Assembly: GCA_047404175.1 (NCBI GenBank)
Contig: JBDOIW010000040.1
Location: 21,255 to 85,254 of the forward strand
Reading direction: 5' to 3'
Source of the DNA: Legionellales bacterium
Lineage (GTDB): Bacteria; Pseudomonadota; Gammaproteobacteria; M30B25
Length of the DNA: 64,000 bases
Of this stretch, positions 43,500-54,364 are shown one piece after another. Both the position numbers and the translations under genes were made by a program. The stretch's first letter is position 1. Each line of letters begins with the position of its first letter. The notes beneath the pieces were generated by a model. The model was not told where the DNA came from. It saw only the letters and a program-made list of their open reading frames with translations, and did no database searches.

Positions 43500-44423
43500 T
43501 CACATGACTAAACGTAAACAATCCTCTCGCGTTTGTATTTGAGTCAACTTTTGGCGCATATTTTTTCCCGAAGGAAGACATTTGGTCCAAAAATGCAGTG
43601 GCATCAAGGAAAATCTAAGCTGATTTATACTCATTGTAGATTGGCCAAGCCGAACCAATTCTAGTTTTATACGTGCGGTAATTTCCTCTGAAGACAAGGA
43701 TCTTTCTGGCAAAAGATCAAGCAGATTTCTTGGGGCTTGGTAGCTAGACCGGCCAAACATGTAGCCTGCAAATCCTAGCTTTTCCACACAATCAAGACTT
43801 GGCGTAATCTCGCCATTTAAATGAACTTTCACCTCTGGAAAGTGCGCTTTAACGCGTGCCGCCCTTTCATAATTGATCGGAGGAATCTCGCGATTTTGTT
43901 TTGGAGTCAAGCCCTTCAAGAGAGCAATTCTTGCATGCACATAACAATCCTCGATACCAAGAGCTAACAATGGCTCTAGAAAATCAAGCAAGAAGTCATC
44001 ACTGTCATACTCATCGACACCGAGTCTACACTTAATACTCACATTGACACCTTCTTCGATCATAGCCTTAAGACAATCTTGGACTAATGCTACCTCTTTC
44101 ATTAAGCAAGCACCAAAGCTTCCTTTTTGTACCCTCGGCGAAGGGCACCCTAAATTCAAGTTAACCGCATTGAGTCCCTTTTCCTTGAGAAGTCGGCATG
44201 CTTTTGCCAACAGGATAGGGTCAGAGCCTCCTAGTTGCATCACAGGCTTAACAGGTAGGTCTGCATAGTCATACCATGCCTGGTTGTGAATCACGGCATT
44301 GGCATGGATCATTTCACTAAAGTAAATAAACTCGGGCAATAGATCCGCATAAAACCTTATAAAATAAGGATTGGTATACCCCATGAGTGGTGCAATGCTT
44401 AATTCCACAGACATTCTAAACAA
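43500..44423 (-). CDS. dusA: tRNA-dihydrouridine synthase (DusA-like)
   Basis: It has the Dus motif NLNLGCPSPRVQKGSFGACLM and a TIM-barrel FMN site. Confidence 0.85.
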   Translation of the reverse strand: MFRMSVELSIAPLMGYTNPYFIRFYADLLPEFIYFSEMIHANAVIHNQAWYDYADLPVKPVMQLGGSDPILLAKACRLLKEKGLNAVNLNLGCPSPRVQKGSFGACLMKEVALVQDCLKAMIEEGVNVSIKCRLGVDEYDSDDFLLDFLEPLLALGIEDCYVHARIALLKGLTPKQNREIPPINYERAARVKAHFPEVKVHLNGEITPSLDCVEKLGFAGYMFGRSSYQAPRNLLDLLPERSLSSEEITARIKLELVRLGQSTMSINQLRFSLMPLHFWTKCLPSGKNMRQKLTQIQTREDCLRLVM

Positions 44424-44563
44424 GTAAAACTATATAAATAGTATCATATTCAGTAAATTAGCGCAAAATGAACATCTAATTAACACCCTGTACAAACTTA
44501 AGCATGCCCTCTTTTGCTTACCTTTATAGAGAATAAGAGCTATTAAAGAGCAAGGCCTTTAAT

Positions 44564-46270
44564 CTAATCCTCAACCACTAGAAGATGTCGTATAATCAGC
44601 TGAAGTTTGCGTCGACCACGAAAGCGATTATCTGAAAGCTGGTAAACCAACATGAGCTTTTTGGCCTGGTGTTTTGGCCATTGATTTGGGTCAACGAAAA
44701 AACAAATGGCATCAACTCCCCGCCCTCCTTGCTCGAGACTCACAGAGAGCTTCAAGTGAGCGCCACCCACCAAGTGCTGATCTTGGACATAAAAAACACC
44801 AGAGAATAAGGGCTCAGGAAATCCTTGTCCCCATGGGCCGTAAGTATCAATTAAATCAAATGCCTGTAGATTTAGCTCGCTCTGGCTAAGTGGACCATCT
44901 GATAACACAACAGGCGTAAGATCTTTTCCTTCCAGCTGAGCTTTACAAGCATGTTCAAATGCCTTTTTGAAAGACTCAAAATTGCATGCTGATAAACTTA
45001 GTCCAGCCGCCATAGCATGCCCACCAAACTTGGTTATTAGTCCAGGATGATTAGCATCAATCTGACTTAGTGCTTTTTGAATATGAAAACCTTCAATCGA
45101 ACGGCCCGATCCTTTTAAATCACCTGCATCATCTTTTGTAAAAATAATGACAGGACGATTAACCTGCTCTTTGACCTTAGAAGCAACTAGGCCAATCAGC
45201 CCCTCATGCCAATCCTCTTGATATAAACATAGAGCGTGTCCATCAAAACTCATAGATTTAACTAGCTCGGATGCTTCTTGTTTCATTGACTTTTCAATGG
45301 TTCGCCTCTCCTCATTCAAGTTATCTAAGAGACTGGCTGCTTTTAGCCCATCAGTTTCACTCTGAGCAAGAAGGCATGTGACACCTGTTGACATATCATC
45401 AAGACGACCCGCCGCATTGAGCCGAGGCGCTATCGTAAAAGCAATATCTGCTGCCGTGAGATACTGATGATTCTTTTTTGCCACCTGGATGAGTGCGCTA
45501 ACCCCTGGCAACATTTGTCCACTGCGGATACGCTTTAAGCCATGGGCAATGAGGGTACGGTTATTGGCATCAAGCGGCACAAGATCAGCAATAGTGCCAA
45601 TCGCAACCAAATCAAGTAATGTTTGCATAGAATAGGTTTTTGCAGCATCAATCTCTTTTGCCACCATGGCACTTCTCAACGCAGCCACAACATAGAAAGC
45701 AACTCCCACACCAGCTAAATTCTGACTTGGAAAAGTGTTGCCTGGCTGGTTGGGATTCACCACAGCAATAGCATTTGGAAGTGTCTCCCCCGCTAAATGA
45801 TGATCCGTTACAATCACATCAATACCTAAGGCATTGGCCCGGTCAACCCCTTCGTAGCTGACTATGCCATTATCAACTGTAATAATTAAGTCAGGTTTTT
45901 GTGGAGCCAGATGGTCAATAATTTTGGCACTTAAACCGTAACCATAGGTGAAACGGTTTGGAATAAAATAATCAACCTGATCAAATCCAAGCGAGTTAAG
46001 TGCTCGCATCATGAGTGATGTACTCGTGGCCCCATCCACATCATAATCACCAACAATCCAAATTGACTGCTTGGCCTCATAGGCTTTTATAAGACGTTCA
46101 ACGGCAAGATCTATCATGGGTAAAGATTCAAAGTGATGCAGATCTTTTAATGAAAGTTTTGTTTGTGCTTCATCATCAATACCTCGAGCACTCAACAGTC
46201 GGGTAATAAGAGGAGCCGTATCTGGCCATATAACGTCAGGCACGGGTCTTTGTTCTATTTTAATGCTCAT
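44564..46270 (-). CDS. recJ: single-stranded-DNA-specific exonuclease RecJ
   Basis: It has DHH motifs (DYDVDGATS, VTDHH) and a DHHA1 domain. Confidence 0.92.
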   Translation of the reverse strand: MSIKIEQRPVPDVIWPDTAPLITRLLSARGIDDEAQTKLSLKDLHHFESLPMIDLAVERLIKAYEAKQSIWIVGDYDVDGATSTSLMMRALNSLGFDQVDYFIPNRFTYGYGLSAKIIDHLAPQKPDLIITVDNGIVSYEGVDRANALGIDVIVTDHHLAGETLPNAIAVVNPNQPGNTFPSQNLAGVGVAFYVVAALRSAMVAKEIDAAKTYSMQTLLDLVAIGTIADLVPLDANNRTLIAHGLKRIRSGQMLPGVSALIQVAKKNHQYLTAADIAFTIAPRLNAAGRLDDMSTGVTCLLAQSETDGLKAASLLDNLNEERRTIEKSMKQEASELVKSMSFDGHALCLYQEDWHEGLIGLVASKVKEQVNRPVIIFTKDDAGDLKGSGRSIEGFHIQKALSQIDANHPGLITKFGGHAMAAGLSLSACNFESFKKAFEHACKAQLEGKDLTPVVLSDGPLSQSELNLQAFDLIDTYGPWGQGFPEPLFSGVFYVQDQHLVGGAHLKLSVSLEQGGRGVDAICFFVDPNQWPKHQAKKLMLVYQLSDNRFRGRRKLQLIIRHLLVVED

Positions 46271-46380
46271 GATACTCCCTACAAATCAAACGTATAAAAT
46301 CTCTTAAAACTAGTGAAAAACCTTGGCAAGGCGTTAACAATTGCTGTGATTTTCTATATAATAAGATAAAGAGGAGCCTG

Positions 46381-46773
46381 ATGAAACCCATACAAGATAG
46401 CCAAGCACAATTTGCCATTAGTACCTATGACCACGAAAGCATCACCGTGAATCATGTAAAACACTATCAAGCACTAGCTATTCACAGCTTAGAAGGCATA
46501 GCAACACTGCCGTTCAAAGCTGTATGTGAAATCAATGCAGACTGGCTCACTGACTGCTTCATCAAATACCCTGAGCTACAATTAATCCTTGTGGATACAG
46601 GCCCCTCACAACAATGGCTAGCACCAGAGCTTATTGCTCTTTGCCATCAGCATCGTATTGCCATTGAAACCATGACCACACCAGCGATTTATCGTCATTT
46701 TAGCTTTTTAGCGAATGAATCATTCAATACGCTAGGGGTATTTACCTCTCATGCAACATCGGGTGATTTATGA
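46381..46773 (+). CDS. Mth938-like/DUF498 domain protein
   Basis: The 130-aa ORF has the pattern LILVDTG...RIAIETMTTPAIYRHFSFLANE, typical of the Mth938/NDUFAF3-like fold. Confidence 0.6.
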   Translation: MKPIQDSQAQFAISTYDHESITVNHVKHYQALAIHSLEGIATLPFKAVCEINADWLTDCFIKYPELQLILVDTGPSQQWLAPELIALCHQHRIAIETMTTPAIYRHFSFLANESFNTLGVFTSHATSGDL

Positions 46774-48359
46774 ATATAGTGCTTGTGCAATGCAATCCCT
46801 CGGTAGGTCATATCTCAAATAATGTTGAACAAGTGCTCAACGCGATCAAAAAATATTCCAAGGCAGACCTACTGATTTTCCCAGAACTGATGCTAACTGG
46901 CTACCCACCAGATGACCTCTTGTATGAGCCAACGATCGCAAGAAATATCGAAGAAGCTATTATTCACGTCCAATCATACTGCCCTCATACCATGACTATT
47001 CTCTTGGGGACACCACGCTGGAATCACAAACAGTGTTTTAATAGTTGCGCTATCATAGAGGCTAAGAGACCTATTCGCTACGCCGACAAACATCAACTCC
47101 CTTGCTACGGTGTATTTAGCGAGCCTCGCCATTTTACAGCAGGTAAACAACAAGCTCCCATCAACATTAGAGGGCTTTCCTGCCTTATTTTAGTGTGTGA
47201 AGATATCTGGCACCCCCCTCAAGCACTTAAAGAAAGCCTTGATTTAATTATAAGCCTCAATGCCTCCCCCTTTACCCAAGATAAATTCGAGCAAAGACAA
47301 GATGTTGCTGAGCAATACAGTGCTTTTTATAATGCCCCTGTTGTCTATTGCAATCTTGTTGGCGGACAAGATGAACTCGTTTTTGATGGCAATTCATTTG
47401 TCTATCATCCTGATCAAGGCTTGCAAGCTGTTGCCTCACACTGTCAAGAGGATTCCATTCATTACGCACTGGGTCACGATACTAACAAAAAAGTACCAGA
47501 GAAACGTTCGCCTGAGGATTCCATCTACCAAGTCATTCGCCTTGGTCTACTTGACTACTGCAAAAAAAACCATATTCAATCCGCGGTGATCGGTCTTTCC
47601 GGGGGCATTGACTCTGCGCTTTGCCTTGCCTTACTCGCTGATTGCTTTCCTGCTAAGGATTTACACGTCTTTTACTTACCCTCACCTTTTAATGCAGAGT
47701 TAAGTCAATCATTAGCGCAAGAGCAATGCGACCAGCTAGGCATCGATCTGCATACCATACCCATTACACCACTCCTTAATGCTTATGAAACAACACTAGG
47801 TGACTCGATTGATTTCCACCAAGACCTTGTTCACCAAAACATACAAGCGAGAATACGAGCCGATATCCTTATGGCCAAAGCCAATGAACAGCAAGCATTA
47901 CTGGTTACAACAAGTAATAAATCTGAAGCCGCTATGGGATACTCAACTTTGTACGGAGATATGGCTGGAGGCTATGCCCCTTTAAAAGACCTATTAAAAA
48001 CTCAAGTGTATCAGTTAGCCCACTTTTGTAATCAACACTGTCGCGTTATACCTGAGGCGGTGATTCATAGACCTCCTAGCGCCGAGTTAGCACCTAACCA
48101 AAAAGATAGTGATAGCCTTCCTGACTACAACAAACTAGATCTCATCCTTGAGCACCTACTTGCACACCGTAATCCTGAACAACTAATAACTGACCATAAA
48201 ATAAAACCTCACGAAATAAATACCATCATGAGCCGTTTATACCGCAATGAGCATAAACGCTTTCAAATGCCTCCAGGTCCAATCGTCTCTGAAACAGCGT
48301 TAGGACGCGATCGGCAGTGGCCTATCACTCATGATCAAATGGCATTGTTAATTGACTGA
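46770..48359 (+). CDS. nadE: glutamine-dependent NAD+ synthetase
   Basis: It has an N-terminal CN-hydrolase domain and a C-terminal NAD synthetase PP-loop ([13 protein letters not shown]). Confidence 0.9.
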   Translation: MNIVLVQCNPSVGHISNNVEQVLNAIKKYSKADLLIFPELMLTGYPPDDLLYEPTIARNIEEAIIHVQSYCPHTMTILLGTPRWNHKQCFNSCAIIEAKRPIRYADKHQLPCYGVFSEPRHFTAGKQQAPINIRGLSCLILVCEDIWHPPQALKESLDLIISLNASPFTQDKFEQRQDVAEQYSAFYNAPVVYCNLVGGQDELVFDGNSFVYHPDQGLQAVASHCQEDSIHYALGHDTNKKVPEKRSPEDSIYQVIRLGLLDYCKKNHIQSAVIGLSGGIDSALCLALLADCFPAKDLHVFYLPSPFNAELSQSLAQEQCDQLGIDLHTIPITPLLNAYETTLGDSIDFHQDLVHQNIQARIRADILMAKANEQQALLVTTSNKSEAAMGYSTLYGDMAGGYAPLKDLLKTQVYQLAHFCNQHCRVIPEAVIHRPPSAELAPNQKDSDSLPDYNKLDLILEHLLAHRNPEQLITDHKIKPHEINTIMSRLYRNEHKRFQMPPGPIVSETALGRDRQWPITHDQMALLID

Positions 48360-48436
48360 TTAAAGATGGAAAACTATACAGAAGAAGGATAATTTGCTAT
48401 GATGCAAAAATTAAAATTAGCATCACAACAACCATC

Positions 48437-49762
48437 ATGAACAAGAAAATTCACATTACAACCCATGGCTGCCAAATGAATGTATACGATTCTAAAAAAA
48501 TCGTTGACCTAATGGCTGAATCTCACTGTATGACAGTGACGAAAGATCCCTCTGAAGCTGACTTGATCGTACTAAATACCTGCTCTATTCGAGAAAAAGC
48601 CAAAGAAAAAGTATTTTCGGCCCTAGGTGGATGGCAACAGCTAAAAGACAACAACCCAAAGCTTGTAATAAGTGTTGGTGGCTGTGTTGCAAGTCAAGAG
48701 GGTGATGCTATTCGTGAACGAGCACCTTATGTTGATATTGTGTTTGGTCCACAAACCTTGCACCGTTTGCCGACCATGTATGATGAAATACAAAAAACAG
48801 GCAAAGCTCAAGTTGATATTTCCTTTCCGGAAATTGAAAAATTTGATCATCTCCCTGAAGCGCGCTCTGAAGGGCCTATTGCGTTTGTATCGATTATGGA
48901 GGGATGCAGCAAGTATTGCTCTTTTTGCGTAGTACCCTATACACGAGGTGAAGAAGTCAGTCGTCCCTTCGATTCTGTGATTGCAGAAATTGTTCCCCTA
49001 ATTGCAAAAGGCGTTAAAGAAATCAATTTACTAGGCCAAAATGTCAATGATTACCAGGGGCTTAAGCATGATGGTACCACTTGTGATCTTGCGGAATTAA
49101 TTGAAATCATCGCCTCACTTGATGGCCTAGAGAGGATTCGCTACACTACATCTCACCCCACTGCCTTTAGTCAACGGCTAATTGATGCTTACGCTCATAC
49201 GACCAAACTCCCTAATTACCTGCATCTACCTGTACAAAGTGGCTCAGATCGTATTTTAACGCTTATGAAGCGAGGCTACACAGCGCTAGAGTATAAGTCA
49301 AAAATCAAAAAATTACGTAGTATTCGTCCAAATATTAGCATCTCTTCTGACTTCATTGTTGGCTTCCCTGGTGAGACTGAAGCAGATTTTGATGACACGA
49401 TGGACCTTATTCATACCATAGGTTTTGACACCTCATTTAGTTTTATTTATAGCCCAAGACCTGGCACACCAGCAGCTGAACTGCCGGATGCCACACCGAT
49501 GGATGTGAAAAAAAAGCGCCTCAACATTCTTCAAACACGCATTATTCAACATGCTTTAGGGATTAGTCAAAGCATGATAGGTTCGGAGCAAACCGTACTG
49601 ATCACAGGTCATGCCAAAAAAGGCGGTGGATTGCTTGCAGGAAGAACCGAAAATAATCGTGTTGTCAACTTTAGAGCACCTCCTGAGCTCATTGGACACA
49701 TGGCTCTAGTTAAAGTAAATGAGGCTCTTCCAAATTCACTACGAGGAGAGCTCATTGACTAA
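48437..49762 (+). CDS. miaB: tRNA-i6A37 methylthiotransferase MiaB
   Basis: It has an MTTase N-domain (ITTHGCQMN), a radical [14 protein letters not shown] motif, and a TRAM domain. Confidence 0.93.
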   Translation: MNKKIHITTHGCQMNVYDSKKIVDLMAESHCMTVTKDPSEADLIVLNTCSIREKAKEKVFSALGGWQQLKDNNPKLVISVGGCVASQEGDAIRERAPYVDIVFGPQTLHRLPTMYDEIQKTGKAQVDISFPEIEKFDHLPEARSEGPIAFVSIMEGCSKYCSFCVVPYTRGEEVSRPFDSVIAEIVPLIAKGVKEINLLGQNVNDYQGLKHDGTTCDLAELIEIIASLDGLERIRYTTSHPTAFSQRLIDAYAHTTKLPNYLHLPVQSGSDRILTLMKRGYTALEYKSKIKKLRSIRPNISISSDFIVGFPGETEADFDDTMDLIHTIGFDTSFSFIYSPRPGTPAAELPDATPMDVKKKRLNILQTRIIQHALGISQSMIGSEQTVLITGHAKKGGGLLAGRTENNRVVNFRAPPELIGHMALVKVNEALPNSLRGELID

Positions 49763-50645
49763 CAAAGCGTTTCAGACGAGCGTCACTCTCGACTACCCCA
49801 TAGAATCAATTCAAACTCTATTAGGGCCAAATTCCACCACATTGCGGCAACTAGAAAAAGAATTTAACGTCACTATTTTTGATCGAGGACAACGACTTAT
49901 TCTTGAAGGCAAGCAGCTTGACGTTATAGAGGCAAAAAATAAACTACAAAAAATGATTGATACTAATTGTGAATCCAACGTTATTGATAAAAATAATCCC
50001 GCTGTTATCACACAACGCTTTAAAATATTCCCCAAAGGAAAGAATCAAACCTCAGCACTTGGACATCTAGAACAGTATGCAGTCAATTTTCTTATAGGTC
50101 CCGCAGGGACAGGAAAAACATTCCTCACAGTGGCTTATGCATTAAAAATGCTCTTAGAGCATCAGGTTGAACGCATTGTCATCACTCGTCCAATTGTTGA
50201 AGCCGGTGAAAAACTTGGTTTTTTGCCAGGCGATATTGCCCAAAAAGTAGATCCTTACTTAAAACCTATTTATGATAGCTTATATGACCTTTTAGGCACT
50301 CAAACCACCACCAAGCTAATGGATACTCATGTCATTGAAATAACACCATTTGCCTACATGCGAGGGCGAACATTTAAGCGTACGTATATCATTGCGGACG
50401 AATGTCAAAACACCACACCTCAACAAATGAAAATGTTATTAACCCGTCTAGGTCAAGGCAGCTATCTTACAATTACAGGAGACCCTGGCCAAGTTGATCT
50501 GTCACCAAGACAAATGACAGGGCTTGAAGACGCTGAAGATAAACTGCATGCCATTGACTCGATTGGCTTTAGCCACCTAAGTAGTCATGACAGTGTCCGC
50601 CATCCATTGGTTAAACTTATGATTGATGCATATGAACAAGCCTAA
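49755..50645 (+). CDS. ybeZ: PhoH-like ATPase YbeZ
   Basis: A P-loop ([11 protein letters not shown]) is present. Aligning to E. coli YbeZ suggests a TTG start at 49755 with AGGAGAG 4 nt upstream. The ORF-track start at 49719 overlaps miaB by 44 nt. Confidence 0.8.
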   Translation: MTNKAFQTSVTLDYPIESIQTLLGPNSTTLRQLEKEFNVTIFDRGQRLILEGKQLDVIEAKNKLQKMIDTNCESNVIDKNNPAVITQRFKIFPKGKNQTSALGHLEQYAVNFLIGPAGTGKTFLTVAYALKMLLEHQVERIVITRPIVEAGEKLGFLPGDIAQKVDPYLKPIYDSLYDLLGTQTTTKLMDTHVIEITPFAYMRGRTFKRTYIIADECQNTTPQQMKMLLTRLGQGSYLTITGDPGQVDLSPRQMTGLEDAEDKLHAIDSIGFSHLSSHDSVRHPLVKLMIDAYEQA

Positions 50646-51087
50646 TATCGAAATTCATGGCCATCTTGGACTAAGCCTGAGCACTATTGAAGAGATTATC
50701 TATGCAGTGATGTCTGATCAAAACCAGACATCTCTCATTGCTGAACTTGACATCCAAGCGCTCGATAAAAAAGCGATGCAAGTTTTAAATTATGAGTATC
50801 GCCACAAGGATTACCCAACCAATATTTTATCCTTCCCTCACCAACATCAACAAGATAAACATCTCTTTCTAGGAGACCTAGTTCTCTGCCCCGATCTTAT
50901 TGCAGAAGAAGCACAACGCGCAGAAATTTTTTATGAACAACACATCACACACCTTTTAGTGCATGGCTTACTACATTTATTTAATTATGATCATGAAAAT
51001 GATCACGATGCTTCTATCATGGAAGTCAAAGAAATTGCTATACTAAAACAACTGAACCAACCTAACCCATATTCAGGATCAACATGA
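50626..51087 (+). CDS. ybeY: endoribonuclease YbeY
   Basis: It has the HGLLHLFNYDH zinc-binding motif. The exact start is ambiguous among TTG 50623, ATG 50626 and ATG 50632. Confidence 0.88.
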   Translation: MHMNKPNIEIHGHLGLSLSTIEEIIYAVMSDQNQTSLIAELDIQALDKKAMQVLNYEYRHKDYPTNILSFPHQHQQDKHLFLGDLVLCPDLIAEEAQRAEIFYEQHITHLLVHGLLHLFNYDHENDHDASIMEVKEIAILKQLNQPNPYSGST

Positions 51088-51884
51088 TTAAAAGACTAGT
51101 CAACTGGCTTGCCCCATGGACGAAAAAACCGAATAGCACCATCCTCGAGTGGAAAAAAAATCAAAACATAAGCCATGATACGGCAAAGATGCTAACTGGT
51201 GTGCTTCATATGGCTGAAATGCAAGTAAAAGACGTTATGGTCAGTAAGTCACTGATGTGCACTATTGACATTCAAACGCCTTTTGAGCAAGCAGTAGCGA
51301 TGATCATAGAAACAGGCCATTCAAGATTCCCTCTTATTGATCCTAATCATGATAAAGTTCTCGGCGTCATTATGGCAAAAGACCTCTTACGCGCCTCACT
51401 CAAAGATGAGCAAGACGATCTCACCTTATTAGCTCGCCCGATGAAAGTGATTCCAGAAACGAGAAGTTTAAGTTTACTATTACGTGAATTTAGACTTAGT
51501 CATAAACACATGGCGGTCGTTGTGAATGAGTATGGATCCATATCAGGCCTTATTACGATTGAAGACGTCTTAGAGCAAATTGTAGGTGAAATTGAGGATG
51601 AATTTGATACGCAACATGACCACATGATAGATAAAATTAGTCATGATTGTTATGAGATGCCTGCACTTACACCGATTGAGCACTGCAATCACATACTCGG
51701 CACACAATTTGTTGCAGGCCAATACGAAACCATGGCTGGATTGATTATGCATCACCTAGGACGCTTACCAAAACGTAATGAGAGCTTTACTCTTCTCAAC
51801 ACAACAATTAGGGTCACCAATGTAGACTCAAGACGTGTAAAACATATTGAAATTCATATCCATCCCCAAGAGGAAAAGGTTTAG
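51084..51884 (+). CDS. corC: CorC/HlyC-family Mg2+/Co2+ efflux-associated protein
   Basis: It has a CBS pair plus a CorC_HlyC C-domain. The miaB-ybeZ-ybeY-ybeX order matches E. coli. Confidence 0.88.
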   Translation: MIKRLVNWLAPWTKKPNSTILEWKKNQNISHDTAKMLTGVLHMAEMQVKDVMVSKSLMCTIDIQTPFEQAVAMIIETGHSRFPLIDPNHDKVLGVIMAKDLLRASLKDEQDDLTLLARPMKVIPETRSLSLLLREFRLSHKHMAVVVNEYGSISGLITIEDVLEQIVGEIEDEFDTQHDHMIDKISHDCYEMPALTPIEHCNHILGTQFVAGQYETMAGLIMHHLGRLPKRNESFTLLNTTIRVTNVDSRRVKHIEIHIHPQEEKV

Positions 51885-52591
51885 TGTTTTTCAACTCTAT
51901 CGAGTAGGCGTTTAACTCCTCCATCTGTCAATGGACTAAATTCTCCAGGCTTTTGAAAACGACTCAGCTTTACTCCCGCAAACTGAGTACGGTGAAGCTT
52001 TGCCACATGAGCATCAACGGCTTTAATCATTCGTCGCACAATACGATGACGCCCTTGATGCAAACTAACCTTGTAGTAATATTTCTTGATTGGCTCAATC
52101 GAGCTAAATGCTGCCATACCATCTGGCAGTTTAATACCATTTTTTAAGCGTTTCATATCATAATCTGTTAGATGTCTAGAGCATTTTAGCTCATACACTC
52201 GTTCATGAGCAAACTTTGCATGCATAAGCCTATGAGCAACATCACCGGAGTTAGTGATTAAAAGTAGGCCTGTTGTATTTACATCAAGCCTACCCACAAG
52301 AAACCATGGCTCATTACGAGGTAAGCGGTCAAAAACTGTTGAGTCAAACTGTTGTGCATCTTTAGAACACACTTCACCAAGAGGCTTATAATACCGAAGA
52401 ATCTCAAGTTTTTTTTCCTCCAACTGAACCGGAATTTGCTTATGGTCTAGATGCAGTATATCTCCAGCCTGTACCTGATCTCCCAGCACTGCTTTTTTGT
52501 GATTAAGTTTAACTTGACCCGAGATAATTAAGCGTTCAGCTTCACGTCGCGAGCAAATACCCTTTTGAGATAGAAATTTTTGTATACGCAT
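51881..52591 (-). CDS. rRNA pseudouridine synthase (RsuA/RluB family)
   Basis: It has an S4 domain (QKFLSQKGICSRREAERLI) and the catalytic VGRLDVNTTGLLLITNSGD motif. Confidence 0.8.
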   Translation of the reverse strand: MRIQKFLSQKGICSRREAERLIISGQVKLNHKKAVLGDQVQAGDILHLDHKQIPVQLEEKKLEILRYYKPLGEVCSKDAQQFDSTVFDRLPRNEPWFLVGRLDVNTTGLLLITNSGDVAHRLMHAKFAHERVYELKCSRHLTDYDMKRLKNGIKLPDGMAAFSSIEPIKKYYYKVSLHQGRHRIVRRMIKAVDAHVAKLHRTQFAGVKLSRFQKPGEFSPLTDGGVKRLLDRVEKH

Positions 52592-52664
52592 ACACCCTCC
52601 TGAGGTATTATATCAGATATTTACCGTAATTTCTGCCAAAATCAACGTTAAAAAGGCCATCAGC

Positions 52665-53195
52665 ATGCTAGAACTTCTCCCTCTGATTCTTTTTTTTATT
52701 GCATTCAAGCTTTACGGGATATACACAGCCACATGGGTTCTTATAGCCAGCATTAGCGCTAGTATGCTAACACAATTTATTCGCCATAAGCAGTTAACCA
52801 AGACAGAACAATGCATATTAGCATCCGTGTGGGTCTTTGGATTGGCCACACTCTATCTCAACGACCCCGTCTACCTTATGTGGAAGCCTACCTTTATTTT
52901 TACGCTATTTTGCCTTAGCCTTTTATACAACGAATGGAGAAGTCAAAATAATCTCATAAAAGCCTTGCTTGAGAAATCTATGGCTATGAGTGATGCTGGG
53001 TGGCAGTGGATGCAAAGAAGCTGGGCTGTTTTCTTTGCACTTGAAGCAGCTATCAATGCAATAGTTGCCTTGAATTGTTCACTTGAGACTTGGGTTAATG
53101 TGAAGGTGATTGGCTTAACTATTGCTACCCTGTTATTTATAGTATTTCAAATTATTGTGGTCACAAGGAAATATGAATGCAAGCTCATGAGTTAA
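52665..53195 (+). CDS. yciB: intracellular septation protein A
   Basis: The 176-aa ORF has 5 TM segments and aligns full-length to E. coli YciB. Confidence 0.85.
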   Translation: MLELLPLILFFIAFKLYGIYTATWVLIASISASMLTQFIRHKQLTKTEQCILASVWVFGLATLYLNDPVYLMWKPTFIFTLFCLSLLYNEWRSQNNLIKALLEKSMAMSDAGWQWMQRSWAVFFALEAAINAIVALNCSLETWVNVKVIGLTIATLLFIVFQIIVVTRKYECKLMS

Positions 53196-53443
53196 AAGAA
53201 AAAATAACATCATCCATTCAGAATCTAGATCCAAATGCACTCATTGAGCTTATCGATGAAACTCACAAACACACTGGTCATAGCGGCTTTCAAGCCGGAC
53301 GCTTCCACTTTAAACTAAAGCTACAATCGAATGAGCTAGATAGCTTGCCTAGAATAAAAGCCCATAAGCAAATCTTCGCGTCAATTCAACCTTATTCACC
53401 TTGGATTCATGCCTTTTCCATTGAGATTAAGCCTCTACCTTAA
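53177..53443 (+). CDS. BolA-family protein
   Basis: The 88-aa ORF has IDETHKHTGHSG...HFKLKL, the BolA signature. Confidence 0.7.
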   Translation: MQAHELKEKITSSIQNLDPNALIELIDETHKHTGHSGFQAGRFHFKLKLQSNELDSLPRIKAHKQIFASIQPYSPWIHAFSIEIKPLP

Positions 53444-54229
53444 CAACAAGTTAAAGGGAATTTCATCTAGCAAATTATCATCATAGAAGTTACCCTTAAA
53501 CTCAATAGTCACCTCACTATGTTGTCTGGCATATGCAGAAAGCAGTAAGAGTGAAGGACTACTCGCTTTAATAAAATTCAATTTTAACTTAAGTGGTCCT
53601 TTGCCATGGCGTGAATTCAGCTGTAATAAAAGCTTCCGCACACCGACATCTCCCAAAGGGTTATAGGATAGATCTAATTCAGCCATTTGTCCCTCGGAAA
53701 ACAACTCATCATCAAAAAAATGATCACCTAAACCGTTAGCTGAAAGATTAAGTCGACTTATCTTATGAGTATTTCTCAAGAGCTTTTGTAGCACCTTACG
53801 ATCAACTTCATGAAGTTTATTATGAGAGAGATTGAGTGTTACTAAATGCTGTTCTTGTGCGAGCAAGGAAGGCAAAAGCTCAATCCATTGAACACTTTGA
53901 TTGTAGCTAAGAGATAAGTCATAAATAGAGATGAGATTGTGATAACGATGAAGCACCTCAAGCTTGTCATGCAAATCATTGGCATTATCAAGATCAATAC
54001 TCACATGTTTACGCTCAGGTTCACCTTTATTTAGAAGAGATCTTTTATGTAATAAGAGCTCTAGACACTCTGCACTCTGAGCTTCTGAGCTTAAATTGAG
54101 AGAAGCAACGGTTTGCGAAAAGGATGATTGTAAATACTTAAGGCTAGAATCATCACAAGCATAAGCAGAAAAACAAGAAACTAAAACGCTAAAAATCATA
54201 GATTTAAAGCATAATCTAGATGATAACAT
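53435..54229 (-). CDS. leucine-rich repeat protein with N-terminal signal peptide
   Basis: The 264-aa ORF has a signal-like N-terminus (MIFSVLVSCFSAYA) and LRRs (LNLSHNKL, LNLSANGL, LDLSYNPLGDVG). Confidence 0.7.
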   Translation of the reverse strand: MLSSRLCFKSMIFSVLVSCFSAYACDDSSLKYLQSSFSQTVASLNLSSEAQSAECLELLLHKRSLLNKGEPERKHVSIDLDNANDLHDKLEVLHRYHNLISIYDLSLSYNQSVQWIELLPSLLAQEQHLVTLNLSHNKLHEVDRKVLQKLLRNTHKISRLNLSANGLGDHFFDDELFSEGQMAELDLSYNPLGDVGVRKLLLQLNSRHGKGPLKLKLNFIKASSPSLLLLSAYARQHSEVTIEFKGNFYDDNLLDEIPFNLLLR

Positions 54230-54364
54230 TGAAAGTCCACCATAGTTAGTTGTTTCATATAGGTAACATCATAATTATCAGACACCTATAATATATTTCG
54301 AAATATTTTCATATAAAAAAAATAAAGATCCATGTATTTTCAGCATTTATATTCATAGAAACCA

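Noticed and set aside
47260-47589. 109-aa alternative-frame ORF inside nadE
   Set aside because: It is in a different frame from a full-length, motif-supported NAD synthetase.
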